DNA of 64,000 bases from Gracilinanus agilis (taxonomy: Eukaryota): positions 291,979,442 to 292,043,441 of the forward strand of contig NC_058135.1 of the NCBI RefSeq assembly GCF_016433145.1, read 5' to 3'. Shown in pieces: positions 24,081-38,030 of this stretch. Numbering within the stretch: the stretch's first letter is position 1; each line of letters starts with the position of its first letter. The translations under genes and the position numbers were made by a program. The notes under the pieces are model-generated. The model saw only the letters and a program-made list of their open reading frames with translations, did not search any database and was not told the origin of the DNA.

Positions 24081-26721
24081 CAACTTCGTTCTAAAAATCT
24101 GAACACTGACAGATTATAAATTGAGCTGTTAAAAAAATGTGATAAAAAATAGATATCTGAAAACTTTTAATAGGGCACGTTTTGTTTTAAAATAGGTAAC
24201 AGTAACTTATTATTTGAGGGAAAAGTTGCACAGACTCTTTAACATATATTTATCTATGAGGTCCCTTGAGACTCTGTATCAGGCAGGGTCACAGGATCCT
24301 ACCGGCCTACTGACTGCACGTTGTAAAAGCTACTGAAGCCTGGGAACGTAGAAGAGAAAAAAGAGGATCTCCTCTCGCTCCTTGTCAAAGGGACAGAAAT
24401 TTAGAAGTTTACTAAAATAGTGAGTTTTCTTTTGAAACTATCTGGCTGCTGCTTATAAACAAATGATGGAGGCATACAGGGTGACTGAAAGATGTAACCT
24501 GAATACACGAATGGGAACCCCAGAATGGGTTCATTTTAATTGATAAGTAAAGGATAAATGACATGTAACAGTTAGGGAGAATGAGAAAACCAACATGATT
24601 TGAGCCCTACTTGTACGACAGTGAAATGGTACTATTTGAGGTAAAAACTCTCAGGACTGTAATTTAATGTTTTGAATTTGATTTCAGGTTTGGTGTTTGA
24701 AGTGTTAGTAAGCCAATAATATCCTACCAGGCAATGAGCGAATGGCACGCGCTGCAGTTCGAGAATGCTACAGGTGGATGGGAAAAGTTGAAAGGGGTCC
24801 TCTTGACTACATTTTCTCACGGGGTTATTTCCTTTGTGAACAGCAGATCTCTTTGCCTGGTTAATCCTGAGCCTGGCTCCTGAAATGCTGTGAATAATGT
24901 GGATCTTTGCTATGTAACTGGCTGTCAGGTATGACTTGTGCCTGGAATCAAACAGAGTTAAGGGAGTTTGTCTCCTCTAACGCTGTACGTCAGGTCACTC
25001 TGTGCCCTCGAGGGAAAAAGTCTTGACATGGCTATAAATGTCTCAATTTCCATAACCGGGGAAAGTGAACAGCAGAAAATGTGTCAGTACAATACTAAAT
25101 CTCTTCCTTAACAGACTGATGCTGCATGAAAATCTTGTCGTTTTAATCTGCAGTGTGGTCAAATAACACAGGGATGAGATCCCAAGGAGGGAATTAGACA
25201 AAGTAACAAGACAAAGATTAATCTAAGTTTTCTAATTAATTGGAATAGGAAATTTTGAGAAAGCAACAAGATTAGACTGGCATCTTTAGGAATCAGTGCA
25301 TCAAAAGAAGGGCAGTGTGGATGCTTTTACAAGAGTTAACAATCCTTTAACAAAGACTGATGGGCACAGCTCATTTTGGGAGCCACGGGACAGGGAGACC
25401 CTGATCCAGTCCCTCATGCTGGGCAGCCCATATCAGCTCTACTACAAGAAAAGGCAGCCAGGGGAAAAGGGCTGGAGCAAGAACTGAATTCAATGGAAGA
25501 CGCTTTTCTCTAAAAATGGGCCTGGTCTCAATCCTGACCATCAGCAGTAGCTACTGGAGAGACTAGTCCAGAAGCTCATGTTTCTTGAATCCCACCGGTG
25601 ATAGGCACGGAGTGGGTTTCTGCTGACCTACTTGCTGCAGATCCCTTTGCTCCTCCTGCCCCATTTAGGCTCAGTAATAGTAATAGTAATAGTACAGTGA
25701 GTGTGCCGGTAGAAATAGTTGCAAGACCAAGAATTTGAAAGTAGCCAGATCTCGATGCAATGAGAATTTCAACCCACGATTCCTAGGTCACTGCCCAAGG
25801 CAGGGAAGTATTTTCATTTACGTGCACTAATCACTACGAGAGTTTCCCCATATTTTCTGATGATGATCTAACATTAGGTTTGGATGTATGATAACCTGGA
25901 AATCTGGTGAGAAGTGCACACAGATAAATGCACCTAGGATTGCTTCTCTGCAAATACACAGGGAGATGCCCAAGTCTTTGGGACTGGAGGGAAGGGGGGG
26001 AGGGGGAGTAGAGCCTAGACCACCAAGTGGTCTAAATTGAGGGAAAAACTATTATTTCGCAACTAAGTAGAATGCTTTGGCTTTCCAGCCCTGGTATAAG
26101 TCTGGTCTGGCCAACAACTAGAAGTGTCATTCATTTACAAGCAGGAAGAAAGGCTACGATGGCATACCCACATGCAGGTCTGTCCCTTGTGCCTTCTCCA
26201 GAGACAGCCTCCCAGGGTCTCTCACCATTTGATCAAGAGAGCAGTGAGGCAAGCTGCTGACTGGCCATGAGTGACCCAGACATAACTGGAAGTAACCAAA
26301 GGCAATGGGGAGAGAAGAGAAGAGAGCAAGAGGAAAACTCAAGAGGACAAAAAAAACCATTTAGATGGAGGTTATCAAAAGGGAAGCCCCCAAACAACCC
26401 AGAGAATGGGTTATTGCCTTTGGTGAACCCGTAACTGCCAAGGGAGAGGCTCGCCTGGTGCTGGGCAAGACTAGTACTGGAGCGGATTCTTCGTATCTCT
26501 GGGTCTAAAAAGAAAAGCGCCCCCAAACGTACCTGGCTGAGACCTGTAATCCGCTGAGGGCCCAGATCTGGCTTAGAAAATACACTTTTGGAGTGCGAGT
26601 GGTTCATGCAAACCCAGGCAGGCCCTACTGGAAACGAGGAGTCTTAAAAGGGTGCTATTGTTGTTCAGAAGCGAGGGGGGACGCACTGTGATCGCAGGAA
26701 AGGCTCGTGTGTTCTACCTAC

Positions 26722-26790
26722 CTCACCGGGTGCGTATGAGGGCAGCTGTCAGATTTGGTAAAATGCCTGGAGCTCCTCCAAGGAAAGGCG
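26722..26790 (-). CDS. KMT5B: KMT5B exon 4, 69 nt ((S)AFPWRSSRHFTKSDSCPHTHPVR)
   Basis: Acceptor gcatctccag|C, donor AG|gtaggt; phase 2/2; clearly homologous to human [24 protein letters not shown] (recalled). Confidence 0.92.
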
Positions 26791-28124
26791 CTGGAGATGC
26801 AAAAACAAACAGCAACTATGAGAGACTGAGATGAGCCCCAAAAGGATCCCCAGGGCAAAGGGCCGGAAACACAGCCTTGCACTCAAGCACTTCTGAAGCC
26901 CTGGACAAGTGCCCATTCCCAGAATCTGACCCGCCCAGCCATACGACACCAGTGTAGGGGAAGGAAGCCAGGTGAGCAGGAAAGCACAGGTAGGCACCCC
27001 CTTCTGCGCCCCCAAGTATGAAGAGAAGTCACTCTGCCCACAATAGGAAGGGGAGGTCCCAGGAGCCCCATCCCCCCCAAACCCTGCTCTGACCCCATGT
27101 CTTCCAATTAAATTCAACCACGGTTAATGGTTACATTTTCCCTATTCCTTATGGTAGCTTCCTCCTCTGTACATCAGTGCTTGTGTCTATCTGAAGCTCA
27201 GAACTGAGCTGAAGCACTGCTCACACGGGCAGCTTAAACTCAATATAACTGCTCTGACTCTTGACCTGCCTCTGCCATGCCTGGCAGTCACTTCCCTCCT
27301 ATGGGCCCATTCCCTCATCTGCCAAATGAGTGGCCTCAGAGGACGCCCTTCCCAAGAGCTCTAGGTTTCAGGTTCTGTGTGATTTGTGACCTCTTGGAAT
27401 AATAGGTGGGCCCGGGAGACCTTTCTTTACGAAAGGCGGACGAAGTCTACACAGCTGGCCATTGCTTGGTGTGCCTGGTCATCCTGCTCTGCTTGGCTGT
27501 CCTGAGCATCCAGAAGCCCAACCAGCACCGGGCAAAGGCAGCCCTCCCTAGAGGGGGTCTGGGGCCCTCAGGGATGTCTCCCTCCCTCTGTACCTTGCCA
27601 GCCCCACCATCTGGCTCTAGGCTGACTACAGACATGTAATGTCACCCGCTAAAAGCCCAAAAGGTTTATCCATATCTCCCTAGGTCAGCATTCTTACTGG
27701 GGTACAGTGGAGAGAGAGGGGGAGGACTTTGGGGCCAAGAGCTGCTCCTCCTCTTGCTCTCTGCAGCCTTGAGGGGAGCCACCTTACAGCTCCAGGCCTA
27801 CATCCTCATCTCTAAATGAAGGACTTGAGTCTCTGCCTGGTCTCAATTCATCATCTTTATGCAATTTTAGAGATGATTCTTTAGACTGCAAGTAATTTGA
27901 CATCCTCCCAGAATGTCATGGTAAGAAAATCTGCTGTTCAAATCCCTGTTCCCAATTACTAAAAGGACTGAAACTCAATTGTGAAGTGACCCGTATGTTG
28001 TCAAATGCTAACTAAGGACTCAAATTCCTTTTAAGCTTTAGACTTGCTGATTCTGTAAGATGTCTTGGCATCACCACTGGTGACGCCATGAGACCCAATG
28101 ATTTAGCATTTAAAGATAATGGGC

Positions 28125-28335
28125 CTCAGGGGGTAGCTGGGTGGCTCAGTGGATTGAGAGCCAGGCCTAGAGACAGGAAATCCTGGGTTCAAATCTGGCC
28201 TCAGACACTTCCCAGCTGTGTGACCCTGGGCAAGTCACTTCACCCCCATTGCCTAGTCCTTACCACTCTTTTGCCTTAGAACTAATACACAGTATTGATT
28301 CTAAGAAGGAAGGTGAGGGTTTAAAAAAAAAAAAA
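28125..28335 (+). mobile_element. SINE1_Mdo-type SINE, full length
   Basis: Poly-A tail; 13 bp TSD aaagataatgggc at 28112-28124 and 28336-28348. Confidence 0.95.
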
Positions 28336-28348
28336 AAAGATAATGGGC

Positions 28349-28520
28349 TGGGGCAGCTGGGTGGCTCCATAGATAGAGAGCCAGGAGGTCCTGGTTCAAA
28401 TCTGGCCTAGCCATATGACCCTAAGCAAGTCACTTAATCTCAATTGCTTAGCCCTTGCTATTCTTTGGCCTTAGAACTGATATATAGTACTGATTCTAAG
28501 ACAGAAAATAAGAGTTTTAA
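28349..28520 (+). mobile_element. Older SINE1_Mdo-type SINE directly behind the previous one
   Basis: ggggcagctgggtggctcc...gtcctggttcaaatctggcc...caagtcacttaatc...gattctaagacagaa. Confidence 0.85.
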
Positions 28521-29127
28521 AATGCATAAATAAAAACAAGGGGCAAGAGGCCGACCAGCTAACAAAAAGAAGGCTAATGGCAGAATGCACTAACACAACT
28601 CCCCGTGCCCAGAAATCTCATTCTATGCCCACTGATGCTTTGCACATTCCCCAAGTTGGGCAGATATTGGCAGTGCTGCTCTCCACCCCTCGCCGCCTTC
28701 TTCTGTGGGAACAATGCTTCTCACTGGCCCAGGGAGGTGCCAGGGAAGGGGCTCCCTGAAGCTATGCCACTTCCCAGACAACTTTTCAGGAGATCCTCTT
28801 GGCTGTTGTTCTTCAGTCCCAGCAAAGCAGATAATGCCGGGTTGTTCCATTTGCTTATCACTGTAGGGTTTTTCAGGCATAGAAGGTCTCCAAAAAGCAG
28901 AGTGATAGTGATCTATTATTAATTGGTTCTCGCCTTTGCACCTAGAAGACACTGTAGCCCACTGAGGCTTCCTCAGGACATGGGCGATACAAACTGTCAT
29001 TGCTGATGGAAGGTTCTGGCACCACCAGAAGGGAGGGAGGGCCTCTGGGGCCCAGGGGCAACCCCACTGACAGGGTAGCCTGAAGCTCCACTGTTCTCTC
29101 CTCCCCAAGACTATCAGAGACCACTTC

Positions 29128-31730
29128 TAGTAGGCATACCCCCAGGTACTTTAGACTGACTAGAGTTATTTTGAATAGAATTCCCTTTTCTATTTCTTGT
29201 TGTTCAATTTCGTTGGTGGTAAATGGAAATGCTGATGATTTATGTGGGTTTATTTTGTATCCTGTGATTCTGCTGAAGTTAATTATTTCTATTAGTTTTT
29301 TAGACATGCTATCATATCTGCAAAGAGGAACGATTTTTGTTTCTTCATTGCCTATTCTAATTCCTTCAAAATCTTTTCCTACTCTTATTGCTATATTGAG
29401 CATTTATACTACATTATTAAGTAAGAATGGTGATAATGGGAACCCTTGCTTTATACCTGATCTTACTGAGAAAAATTTTAACTTATTCTCCTTACAGATA
29501 ATGCTTGCTGATGGTTTTAGAGAGATATCATTTATCACTTTAAGAAAGGTACCACTTATTCCAGTGTTTTCTAATGTTTTTAAAAGGAATAGGTGTTATA
29601 TTTAGTCAGATGCCTTTTCTGCATCTCTTAAAATAATCATGTGGTCTCTGTTGATTTTGTTATTAATAAATTATGTTTGTGGTTTTCCTAATATTGAACC
29701 ATCCCTGCATTCCTGGCATAAAACCCACCTAATCATGGTATGTGATTCTTGTGATAAAATGTTATAATCTTCTTGGTGGTATTTTATTTAAAATTTTTGC
29801 ATCAATGTTCATTAAGGAAATTGGTCTATAGTTTTCTATGTTTTAGCTCTTCCTGCTTTAGGTATCAATAGTATATTTGTGTCATAAAGAGTTTGGAAGA
29901 ATTCCTTCTCCTATTTTTGGAAATAGTTCATGTAGTGCTGGAGTTAGTTATTCTTTGAATATATGGTAGAATTCATTTGTGAATCCATTTGGCCTCAGGG
30001 CCTTTTTCTTATGGAATTCTTTGATTGTTCAATTTCTTTCTGTGATGGGATTGTTTAAATAGACTATTTCCTCTTTTGTTAATCTGGGTAGTTTATATTT
30101 TTGTTAAGCATTCATCTATTCATTTAGATGGTCAGATGTATTGGCATATTGTTGGGCAAAATAACTTCCAATGATCTTGATTTTGTCTTTTTCATTTTCA
30201 ATACTGGCAATTTGGTTTTCTTCTTTCTTTTTTTAAAATTAACGAATGACAAAATTTTTTTCATAAAACGAACCCCTCGTTTCATTTATTAGTTAGATTG
30301 ATTAGTTTTCCTATTCTTAGTTTTATTCATCTCTTTTCTTGACTTTCAGGACTTTCAATTTGGTGTTTAATTGGGGATTTTTAATTTGTTCTTTTTCTAG
30401 TTTTCTTAGTTAAATGCCCAATTCACTAATCTACTCTTCCTTTATTTTGCTGATATAAGCATTTACATAAATTTCTATAAATTTCTCCTCAAGTACAACT
30501 TTGGCTGCATCTCATACATTTTGATATGTTGTCTCCTCCTTGTCGTTTTCTTTAAGGAAATTGTTGACTGTTTCTATGATTTATTCCTTGACCCAATCAT
30601 TCTTTAGGATAAAATTATTTAATTTCCAATTAATTTTTAGTTTTTTCTTCTGCTGCCCTTCAGTTAAATTTTTATTGCATTATGGTCTGAAAATTATGCA
30701 TTTAATATTTCTAACTTTCTACATTTTTCATTTTTTGGATTTTGTCATCATTTCATGTCTTAAGGTTTCCCTAGCGTCTATGTGTCCAATTCAAATTTTT
30801 AGGAAGCTATTTTTTTCCTTGTATTTTTATATTACTATTTTCTATTTTGCCAATCCTACTCTTTTAAAGAGTTATTTCAGTGTTTTGATTTTCTTTTACT
30901 CCATTGGGGGGAGGGGAGGGTCTTTTACTCCATTTAGTTCATTCCATTCCTTAGGAAGTTGTTTTCTTCACCGTATTTTTGGTGCCTCACTTTCCTTTTG
31001 GCTTATTCTAGTTTTCAGGAAGTTGATTTCTCAATGAATTTTTTTCTTCAGCTATTGAGTTTTTCTGTCAATTCTCTTATTTTTTGGCTTTTTAACTTCA
31101 AGTTCTCCCAGAGATTCTTTTGAAATTTCTCAAGTTTCTTTTTTTGGCATCATCACCCTCCTGGTCTTCTCTATCACTAAGGTAACTTTTAAAGGTCAGG
31201 GTTTTTTTCTGGTCTTTTGCTCATTTTTCTAGTTGTCCCTACCCCCACCACTCTATTACTTTATTTAGCTGCTGAAGTTCTTCTCTGCTCCTAGGAGCAC
31301 AACACTCCAAGCTTGTAGAGTACTCTTCTCTGTTACTTGGAGTAGGACCAGATACCCTTGTTCTTTGCGGTGTGTCTGTTGAGGAGGTGGCCTTATTGGC
31401 TTGCTCTGGAGGGGTTTGCTGTTATTTTGTTCAGCTATATTCAATACTCTATACTACCAGTTCCTTCACTGTTTCATGGGCTGGGCTAGTACCTGTTCTG
31501 CTTTTTCCCTATCCCTGCTAAGTGGCCTGGCATAGGCAGGTCCCCTGCTCTGGATTCTGCCACTTTAGGTCCTCTGCTCCCATGTGGGAGTGAGCAAGTT
31601 ACTGTAGTTCCAGATCCCTCTCTCTGTTAACTTGTATAGAGACCACTTTTACACCTTGGACCACACTCTGGTTTCTCCTTTTACACAGTCAGGCTCTTTT
31701 GTCTCATTTGACTTTAGGGGCATGTGGGAA
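29128..31730 (-). mobile_element. Decayed L1 LINE (5' region, ORF1 remnant, ORF2 endonuclease/RT remnant)
   Basis: ORF 28942-29403 gives EGIRIGNEETK and GYKINPHKSSAF, which are L1 ORF2 RT motifs; T-rich L1-like sequence continues to the right. Boundaries approximate. Confidence 0.88.
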
Positions 31731-32099
31731 TGCCCTTTTCCCACTTCACCATTTGGAGGAGTTAGGAGGAGTCCATGATGTCTTGAAGTTGATCTCTATC
31801 ATCAATGGGGCTAGGATCCAGAAGTGACCATTGAACTACACTTCAAGGCAGACTTCTCTGACTCAAGCAAACAGCCCATCCCAACAAGTTCCATAGGACA
31901 TGCAGAGAGATTGTCTATTTCAATCTACCTCCGAGTACACATGTCTCTCCATCTGGACCTATACTAGAATGAAATCACTAGAATGAAAAATTTCTTTTAA
32001 GTGTTTTTCTATACCTAAGACTTCCATTTTTTTTGACCACCCTCATGAAGCCCTCTGTGGCATATGCAACTATCCATCCCATGACCATTTTAATCTCTA

Positions 32100-33000
32100 T
32101 AAATTCCACCATCAGTGCCTTCTCTCAGTCTTCCTTCTCCCTTTGTTGTCAGCCACTGCTGACCTCATACCCCTTCTAGAAAAACTCTGGACATCATACT
32201 GTCCTAGTTTTCCTCCTGCCTCTTTTCATGCTCTCTGGGAACAACTTGCCCCTAGAGATCTTATTCTGATGCTGTGCAATGAGGACTGGATGGGAGGGCC
32301 AAGCCTGGGTTTGGGGCCCCCAGCTCTGACATTTTATGGCTCTGTGGTTCCCTCATGGAGCAGGCTACAATGTACTTTATTATATCTGTTTATTTTAAAC
32401 CCATATCTTCTATCTTGGAATCAATATTGCATTTTGGTTCCAAGGCAGAAAAGTGAGTACGGTAAGGGTTGGGCAACGGTAGTCATTATGGGTTTTTTTT
32501 AAACTTCTTTTCAAGTTCTTCCAAAGGGTTCTTTAGAGATCTGATAGCCTTTGCCCAGGGTAACACAGCTAGGAAGTGTATGAAGCCGAATCTGAACCCA
32601 GGACCTCCTATATCCTGGTCTGGCTCTCTATCCACAGAGCCACCTAGTTGCCCCCTAGAGCGTACGTTAGAAGCTATATAATATTGGATGCCAGTTATTA
32701 GCTCATCTACTTTCCTGGCTTCAACAATCATTTCTTGGCAGGTTACCTATCACCTTTCCAACACTGACTCTACCCCATTGCCAGCTGGATGCTTTCACAC
32801 AGATACCTTACCCTTGCAATCATTCCAAATTCAATCTCAAATCCAATTCATTATTTTATCTTTCCCCTCTCCTGGCTCTTCTACTTGTCCAAAGCATCAG
32901 GCTATTCACATTTGATGCTTCCGCCCAGAGCTCCTAGTAACCAGGAGCCCCCTTCTGTACTTGAGGTGCAACTGCCATTTCCCCTACATCTGTTGTTCTG
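32100..33000 (+). mobile_element. L2 LINE fragments interrupted by a SINE
   Basis: Pyrimidine-rich L2-like segments (cctagttttcctcctgcctc, ctcatctactttcctggcttcaa) flanking a minus-strand SINE at 32391-32655. Confidence 0.55.
32391..32655 (-). mobile_element. SINE1_Mdo-type SINE with an internal insertion
   Basis: Tail (ttttaaaccc...ttccaaggcagaa) and head (gaacccaggacctcc...gccacctagttgcccc) are separated by unrelated sequence. Confidence 0.8.
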
Positions 33001-33442
33001 CTGTCTTCTACGTGCACAGAAGGGGATTGAGTCATCTGCACAGAGATACATGAGAGCTATATGTCCTAAGGACCCAACTGGGCAAGGAACACCCCAGCCC
33101 TTGTGGATGAGCTAAGCATATCAACTACTGGGCTTCATTGCTGTTGTTGGCCTGAAGAAAAACCCTATTCTAATGTAACCTTTTGGAAGAGCTACCAGGC
33201 ACAATCAAAATGAGCAGTAAGACACTCACAGGGACACTCCACTTTCCCTCTTGGTATGTCCAGCTCCCCTAGGGAGGGGTGTGGGGTAGGGTAGAGATTC
33301 TGGGGTTCAATCAGGAAGTTCTAAGTTTCAGATTCTCCTGCTTCCAAGGCCTCTGTTGCCCGAAAGTCAGCTCTATTTACCTTCTGGTTTTTGAAAATCA
33401 ACAGTTTCCTTGTTTCCCTTTGGGATAAAGACAAGCAAGTTA

Positions 33443-33616
<174 letters not shown>

Positions 33617-34610
33617 TTACTCACTTCTGGCTGCTGGGGCAATCTCCTGAATGAACTAATTAACTAAATCAGTAATTCCTTGTCCTAATCAATGAGTGGT
33701 CAGGCAGACAGATAACCTTCTAGTTATTTAAGGGCATTGGGTACCTGGGGGGGTCCCCATCCTTTGAGCATTGGCATTTTGGTTTGCCAGGGCCTGAGGC
33801 ATACGCCATGCTCCCCAGCACAGGGGCCCTGAAGCCCTTTGCCCAGCTGCTTTCATCTCCCTCATTGTACAGGTAGGCAACTGGGAAGACAATCCTATGG
33901 TTCTAAGAAGGTAACAAAGGGGACCACAGGAGAGAAGAAACAGAGGGAAGAGAGGGTGAGGGGATCATAACAAGCTTCTAGTGAGGAGAGACAAAGTGTT
34001 TGGAATCTTGGCTCTAAGGGGGGACCCTCAGAAGAACATTGCTCCCCTACCTCTGCCTGAGTTGAGTAATATTATTATTGCCATCTGACAAGTGAGGAAA
34101 CTAAGGGCTGGGGAGCTCCCCAGCCTATAGTCCTTCCCACAGCCAAGAAGGGGTACAAGGAAAGAACTGGCTTACACCGTTCAATTGCTCATCCCCAAGA
34201 ATTTCAGCATTTGGAGTGAAATGAGAGAATGGATCAAAGTACTCATTTTGAAGAACTGGTGTGAACACAGCCCAAAACAGAAACCAAAAGTGAAGAGGTC
34301 CCCAGGCTGCCTATCCCACCAGGGGAGTCTCCCACTGACAAGGAGATTCTTATGACTGGCAGAAGCAAGAGAAGACAGTGATGGCCATCCACACATTTCC
34401 CTACCAAAGGCAGGGCATCAGGTCGCCATGAAAAGTGGCTCTGGCCTCTGAATTTGGCCCACAAGGAGGGGGTTGTGGTCCACGGCTCTTCCTACCTTGT
34501 TTTCTCTCCTTTCTCCAATAGCCCTGCTCTTTCAGGTTATTTGGGGGGGAGGGGGAAGTAAGGAGAACAGGACTCATGCAGTCACTGCACTCAAGAACCC
34601 TAAGAAAAAA

Positions 34611-34810
34611 TTTTTTAAACCCTTACCATCCGTCTTAGAATCAATACTATGTATTTATTCCAAGGCAGAGGAGCAGTAAGGGCTAGGTGATAGAGGTTAA
34701 GGGACTTGTCCAGGGTCATACAGCTAGGAAGTGTTTGAGGCCGGATTTGAACCTAGGACCTCCCGTTTATAGGCTTGGCTCTCAATCCACTGAACTACCC
34801 AGCTGCCCCC
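34611..34810 (-). mobile_element. SINE1_Mdo-type SINE, full length
   Basis: ttttttaaacccttacc...ctcaatccactgaactacccagctgccccc. Confidence 0.93.
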
Positions 34811-36063
34811 AACTTGGATATTTTGTTTTGGAAGAAGTCCTAATAAGCCTTAGGCTATTTCCAGTCTCTAGGGTCCAGGGGAGACAGGCCAATTCTTGAT
34901 TCTCTAGATTCTGATCCCAAGAGAATCTGGGGTTTGTATCCTTCAGAATTTGAACTTGGGGTACATACCCTAGGCCAGCCTATATTCCAGTGGGCAGGAC
35001 TGAGTGGAACAAACACTGGGTCAATGTGGAATCTATTTTGAAGAGGAAGGCCTGAGACTTGGGCTTGAAAGCACTTGATCTCAGCCCAAACCTACGTTTA
35101 GCCATCAACAGCCTCATGTCTTCCTCTGGAGACAAGGAAGCTCACTAGGCCTGCAACACCTCTGGAAAAAACCTCTGGGCAATCTCATATACAACTCTGT
35201 CTTTATTTTGAATAACACATTGCATATCCTTGAAGCAGCAATAAAGATAGGGCTGAGGCCCTGTGATTTCACTGGACTAGATGTTCCCAGGAAGGACCTC
35301 CCTCCTTCACCAGGGCAGGCACAACTGAGCCTTAGAGAGTAGGCCTCAGGCCTTGAGAAAGGAAGTTACCTGCCCAAGGCCATACAGCCAGGATGGGTCT
35401 GAGGCCAGAGAGGAGCTCAGGTCTACCTGGCTCCAAGGTCATTCTGCCCCTTATCCTTAAAATGGAAACCAAAACAAATGTACTAAGCCCACATTTCTTG
35501 GGAAAAATGAGGTCCCTTCCAGCCAAGAGGCATGCAGAAAATTAAATAATGGCTTTATTCTGCAGTACTTCATGCATACCCAAGTGAGCTATTACCATTC
35601 TGTCACTTGAAGCAGTCAGTCCTGGACCCCCTGCTCATCATCTAGTCCCCAGCCCCAGCCCCAGCCATCCATTCAATAACCCGAGGATGGAAAATGGATT
35701 CTGCTCTCTGTGAGCAGATCTCTCTGGCCAAGTTACTAAAACAGATATTAAAGATGACTTCAGAACACGACAGTGTTGGGGGGAGGGAGGGCTTGACACA
35801 CTCCTGGTTTTATAGAAGAAACCCATCATTTAGGTATAAACTCTTGAGAAAAGGAGCTGCGGACCCCAAGAATGGGAGCATCCAGGGAGGTGGCCATTAT
35901 TCACTCATAACAAGAGTCCAGTTTTAAAGTAGGAATAAACAATTCTTTTAATTCTCAACAGGATGAACTGTCAAAGGCAACAGCAGATAAAAGGGATAAC
36001 TAAAAAAACCAGTAACTGGCCCCATAACAATGAAAACCCCCACGAGGTTAAGTGTGTACCTAC

Positions 36064-36299
36064 ATCTGCTTGACCTCCTCTCAACTGCATTTCTGCCAGC
36101 CTTCAGGGCGTCCTTTCCCGCGTGCTGAAATTTGGATTGANNNNNNNNNNNNNNNNNNNNNNNNNNNNNNNNNNNNNNNNNNNNNNNNNNNNNNNNNNNN
36201 NNNNNNNNNNNNNNNNNNNNNNNNNNNNNNNNNNNNNNNNNNNNNNNNNNNNNNNNNNNNNNNNNNNNNNNNNNNNNNNNNNNNNNNNAATTTTCTCTC
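36064..36299 (-). CDS. KMT5B: KMT5B exon 2 (first coding exon); visible part ...[25 protein letters not shown]; ATG predicted at about 36221-36223 inside the gap
   Basis: Donor T|gtaggt at 36062-36063; acceptor tttccgttag|GAGAGAAAATT at 36300-36301; the peptide matches human [25 protein letters not shown] (recalled). The interval includes about 76 nt of 5' UTR. Confidence 0.9.
36141..36288. other. Assembly gap (148 N) covering the KMT5B start codon
   Basis: Run of N inside exon 2. Confidence 1.
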
Positions 36300-36990
36300 C
36301 TAACGGAAACAAAATACGAAAAAAAAAATAACTGGGGAGGGAAATACAAATAACACCATTATGCTAAACACACCTGAGAATAACACTCATAAGCATTAAT
36401 GGTAACAAAATGGTCGTCTCTACTATTTGGGAACATTCTTGATGCTTCTTGGATACTCCTCTAATGCCATACCAGGGAATTCCGCCTTAGAAGCTAGGCT
36501 CCAGTCTAGATTCCCAAGAAGAAATGCCAAAGCGCCTTTATGTTTAGTAAGGGGTTATCTACTTTATTTAACTACTTGTTATGATGCCATCTAGACTAGA
36601 GATCCTTACAGCCACCACCTATTCAGCTAAAACATTTGTTAATCATTGACATTTATATACCCTATAAGATTCTTAAAGCCCTTTAGAGACATGTTTCCCC
36701 ATTTTACAGATAAGGGGCCTGAAGCTGAAAAAGAGTCTTGTCTATACTCAAGCAGCTTCTTTCTAAAGTGGGATCTGAACTCACATCTTTCTGACTCCAA
36801 GCCCAACATTACTATATCCCCTCTGCCCTGAGCCCCCTGGCTTCTCTTGTTGACTAGCAAGCAGTCTACAACAAACAGGTGAGAAAAGGTACGAAAAAAA
36901 GGTGGCATTGTTCAGGCACTACACTTGTTTTCTACTCGTATCAAAGTTGGTAAATGATCCTAGAACAATATTGAAAAGGAATCAAACCTT

Positions 36991-37016
36991 ATTTATTATT
37001 ATTATTATTATTATTA
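36991..37016. repeat. (TTA)n microsatellite
   Basis: attttattattattattattattattag. Confidence 0.9.
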
Positions 37017-37841
37017 GAAACTCGGTTTCAAGGGGAAGATGGGGGGAAGGGGAACCCCTTCACTGAGGGGTTTCGTAATTTGAAGCCTGTTTCCACTGAA
37101 ACTGGTACACATCCGCACTCTACTTAATCAACACAGTCCACCCACATTTGTTAAGAATACATAATACCCAGCAACAACAGGCCGCTGCTTCCCTCCAAGG
37201 GTACCTCAAGCTGAGCTGCTTATCTTTTGTAATGCCATTTTACCAGGAACTCTCTCTCTGAAGTTAGTATAGTACAGAGATGGCATGTGATGGAAATGAA
37301 GCCACCCTGAGGAGGATGCCACCCCAGGTACCATAGAAAGCATCCTGCAACAGGATGATACAAAATCAAAGAATCTTGGAATTTATCAACCAACAAGCAA
37401 TCATTTGGCAACTACTGTGTGTTAGGCATGGTACTGGGAATACAATGGTTGGAATGGGGAAAAGCGCCTGCCCTCAAGGAGCTTATATTCTATTGCACAA
37501 GGAGAGAACGTGTGGAGATAAATAAATTTAGGATATATGCAAAATGAATATTCAGTGATGAAGGAGGGACACTAAGGACTAGGGAAATGAGGAAAGACTC
37601 CTACTCCTTTCAAGGCAGCAGAAATTCAACCCAAGAGTAAGAGTCCAAGAAGCCTAGGTGAGGAGGGAGAGCTTTCTGGACTGAGAGGCCAGGACCAAGG
37701 CAAAGTACAGAGGGGAAGAAATGGAAAAGCAACAAGGAACAAATGCCGGCTGGATTGGCCTGCTAAGTGCACAAGAATGATGTGTGGGGAGACACTGGAA
37801 TAGAGACTGAACACAAAGGAAACCGACCAAGGAGCTACTTT

Positions 37842-38030
37842 TTTTTTTTTTTTTAACCCTTGTACTTCGGTGTATTGTCTCTTAGGTGGAAGAGTGGTAA
37901 GGGTGGGCAATGGGGGTCAAGTGACTTGCCCAGGGTCACCCAGCTGGGAAGTGTCTGAGGCCGGATTTGAACCTAGGACCTCCTGTCTCTAGGCCTGACT
38001 CTCACTCCACTGAGCTACCCAGCTGCCCCC
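37842..38030 (-). mobile_element. SINE1_Mdo-type SINE, young
   Basis: 15 bp perfect TSD ccaaggagctacttt at 37827-37841 and 38031-38045. Confidence 0.97.

Noticed and set aside
21360-26700. Possible endogenous retrovirus interior in intron 4
   Set aside because: No paired LTRs, no convincing primer-binding site and no gag/pol/env motifs that I could identify.
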